DNA of 50,937 nucleotides from a virus (lineage: Duplodnaviria > Heunggongvirae > Uroviricota > Caudoviricetes): IMG/VR virus record IMGVR_UViG_2541047814_000001; one strand, written 5' to 3'. Within the stretch, counting starts at the first letter, position 1; each line of letters opens with the position of its first letter. Of this stretch, positions 49,830-50,937 are shown piece after piece. A model generated the notes under the pieces. It did no database searches and had not been told where the DNA came from. It saw only the letters and a list, made by a program, of their open reading frames with translations. The translations under genes were made by a program, and so were the position numbers.

Positions 49830-50937
49830 AACCGATGTTCCGGGATTATCTCCGTATTTTGACAAAAGAAATAACAAAGTTTACTGGCGTTACAGGCATC
49901 CCATAACAGGCAAAAATCACGGTCTCGGCAGTATTGACCAGAAACTGGCAGAAACTATTGCAGCAGAAGCGAACAGCCGTCTTGCCCGGCAGCAAATGGA
50001 ACAAATGCTCAGTCTGCAGGAGAAAATTATTAGTGATACCGGCGGTTCATCAACCGTTACCATTTTTCTGAATAATTACAGAAAAATTCAACAGGAAAGA
50101 TATGAAAACGGCGAGATCAAACTCAACACGCTGAAACAGAAAGCGGCCCCTCTCAGGGTATTTGATGAACGTTTTGGCACCAGACCGTTAGATGCCATAA
50201 CCGTAAAAGATGTGGTATCAGTACTGGAAGAGTACAAGGCCAGAGGACATAACAGAATGGGACAAATTTTCAGGAAAGTACTGATCGATGTTTTCCGGGA
50301 AGCTCAGCAAACGGGCGATGTCCCGCCAGGCTTTAACCCTGCAGAATCGGCAAAAAAACCGCAGGTGCGGATATCAAGACAGCGACTGACTTTTGATGAG
50401 TGGATGATGATTTATAACGCAGCGGAAAAGGATGGTTACTTTTTACAGCGCGGTATGCTGCTGGCACTGATGACAGGCCAGCGCCTTTCAGATATTTGCA
50501 AAATGCAATTTTCGGATATCCGGGATGGTTATCTTCATGTCGAACAGCAAAAAACAGGAACCCGGATTGCCATCCCTCTGGCTCTGCGTTGCGATAAATT
50601 AAATCTCACCCTGGATGATGTGGTGTCATCCTGCCGCGATTGCGTTCTTAGTCCGTGGCTATTGCACCACCATCACGCGAAAGGGACAGCTAAGCGCGGC
50701 GGGATGGTTAAGCCAGCAACATTAACCGTTGCATTTAAAAAAGCCCGGGATTCTGTGGATTACAACTGGCGTGCTAATGGCACCCCTCCCTCTTTCCATG
50801 AGCAGAGATCTTTATCAGAGCGATTGTTCAGAGAGCAGGGGGTTGATACCAAAATTTTGCTAGGCCATTCGAATCAAAAAATGACCGATATTTACAACGA
50901 CGCACGCGGTAAGGAATGGAAAAAACTGGTCATTTGA
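49807..50937 (+). CDS. int: Tyrosine integrase, lambda Int family (376 aa)
   Basis: N-terminal arm-binding domain (MARPRKYKTDVPGLSPYFDKRNNKVYWRYRHPITGKNHGLG) and catalytic motifs (GQRLSDICKMQFSDI, HEQRSLSERL, LLGHSNQKMTDIYNDARG) parallel lambda Int. Confidence 0.9.
   Translation: MARPRKYKTDVPGLSPYFDKRNNKVYWRYRHPITGKNHGLGSIDQKLAETIAAEANSRLARQQMEQMLSLQEKIISDTGGSSTVTIFLNNYRKIQQERYENGEIKLNTLKQKAAPLRVFDERFGTRPLDAITVKDVVSVLEEYKARGHNRMGQIFRKVLIDVFREAQQTGDVPPGFNPAESAKKPQVRISRQRLTFDEWMMIYNAAEKDGYFLQRGMLLALMTGQRLSDICKMQFSDIRDGYLHVEQQKTGTRIAIPLALRCDKLNLTLDDVVSSCRDCVLSPWLLHHHHAKGTAKRGGMVKPATLTVAFKKARDSVDYNWRANGTPPSFHEQRSLSERLFREQGVDTKILLGHSNQKMTDIYNDARGKEWKKLVI

Overview
The window is almost entirely one lambdoid prophage of an enterobacterial (E. 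coli-type) host, read right-to-left for its late genes. All calls come from reading the six-frame translations and the DNA by eye; no database search was run, so family names are from memory of motifs and lambda/Rac/Qin gene order. Right to left: tyrosine integrase and excisionase (49.6-50.9 kb), a large DEDDh 3'-5' exonuclease, a Qin-like ydfA / dicF / dicB / ydfD early-left module, a Rac-like immunity and replication block (repressor, YdaS-like Cro, YdaT, YdaU, DnaC-like YdaV), a nin-like region carrying a QueH-like gene and a hok toxin, RusA, a Q-like antiterminator with a PR'/tR'-like signal, a DNA methyltransferase, three tRNA genes, a nanS-p-like esterase, the lysis cassette (S21-type holin, YdfR-like, SAR endolysin, Rz/Rz1), then cos (lambda cosN is readable at 25948-25959) and a lambda-collinear morphogenesis operon from Nu1 to Stf/Tfa, ending with a methyltransferase cargo gene and an Rha-family gene. 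The layout resembles Stx-converting phages, but no stx ORF sits between the tRNAs and nanS-p. An IS629 fragment lies about 90 bp from cosN and an IS21-family element (istAB) sits next to Rz, so the prophage may be packaging- or lysis-impaired. I did not find a single obvious novel multi-gene system; the best second-look candidates are a protein-less promoter/terminator insertion between tail genes I and J, the QueH+tRNA+hok cargo, two unannotated small ORFs antisense to known modules, and the repeat/sRNA-like structures at the stx-equivalent locus.
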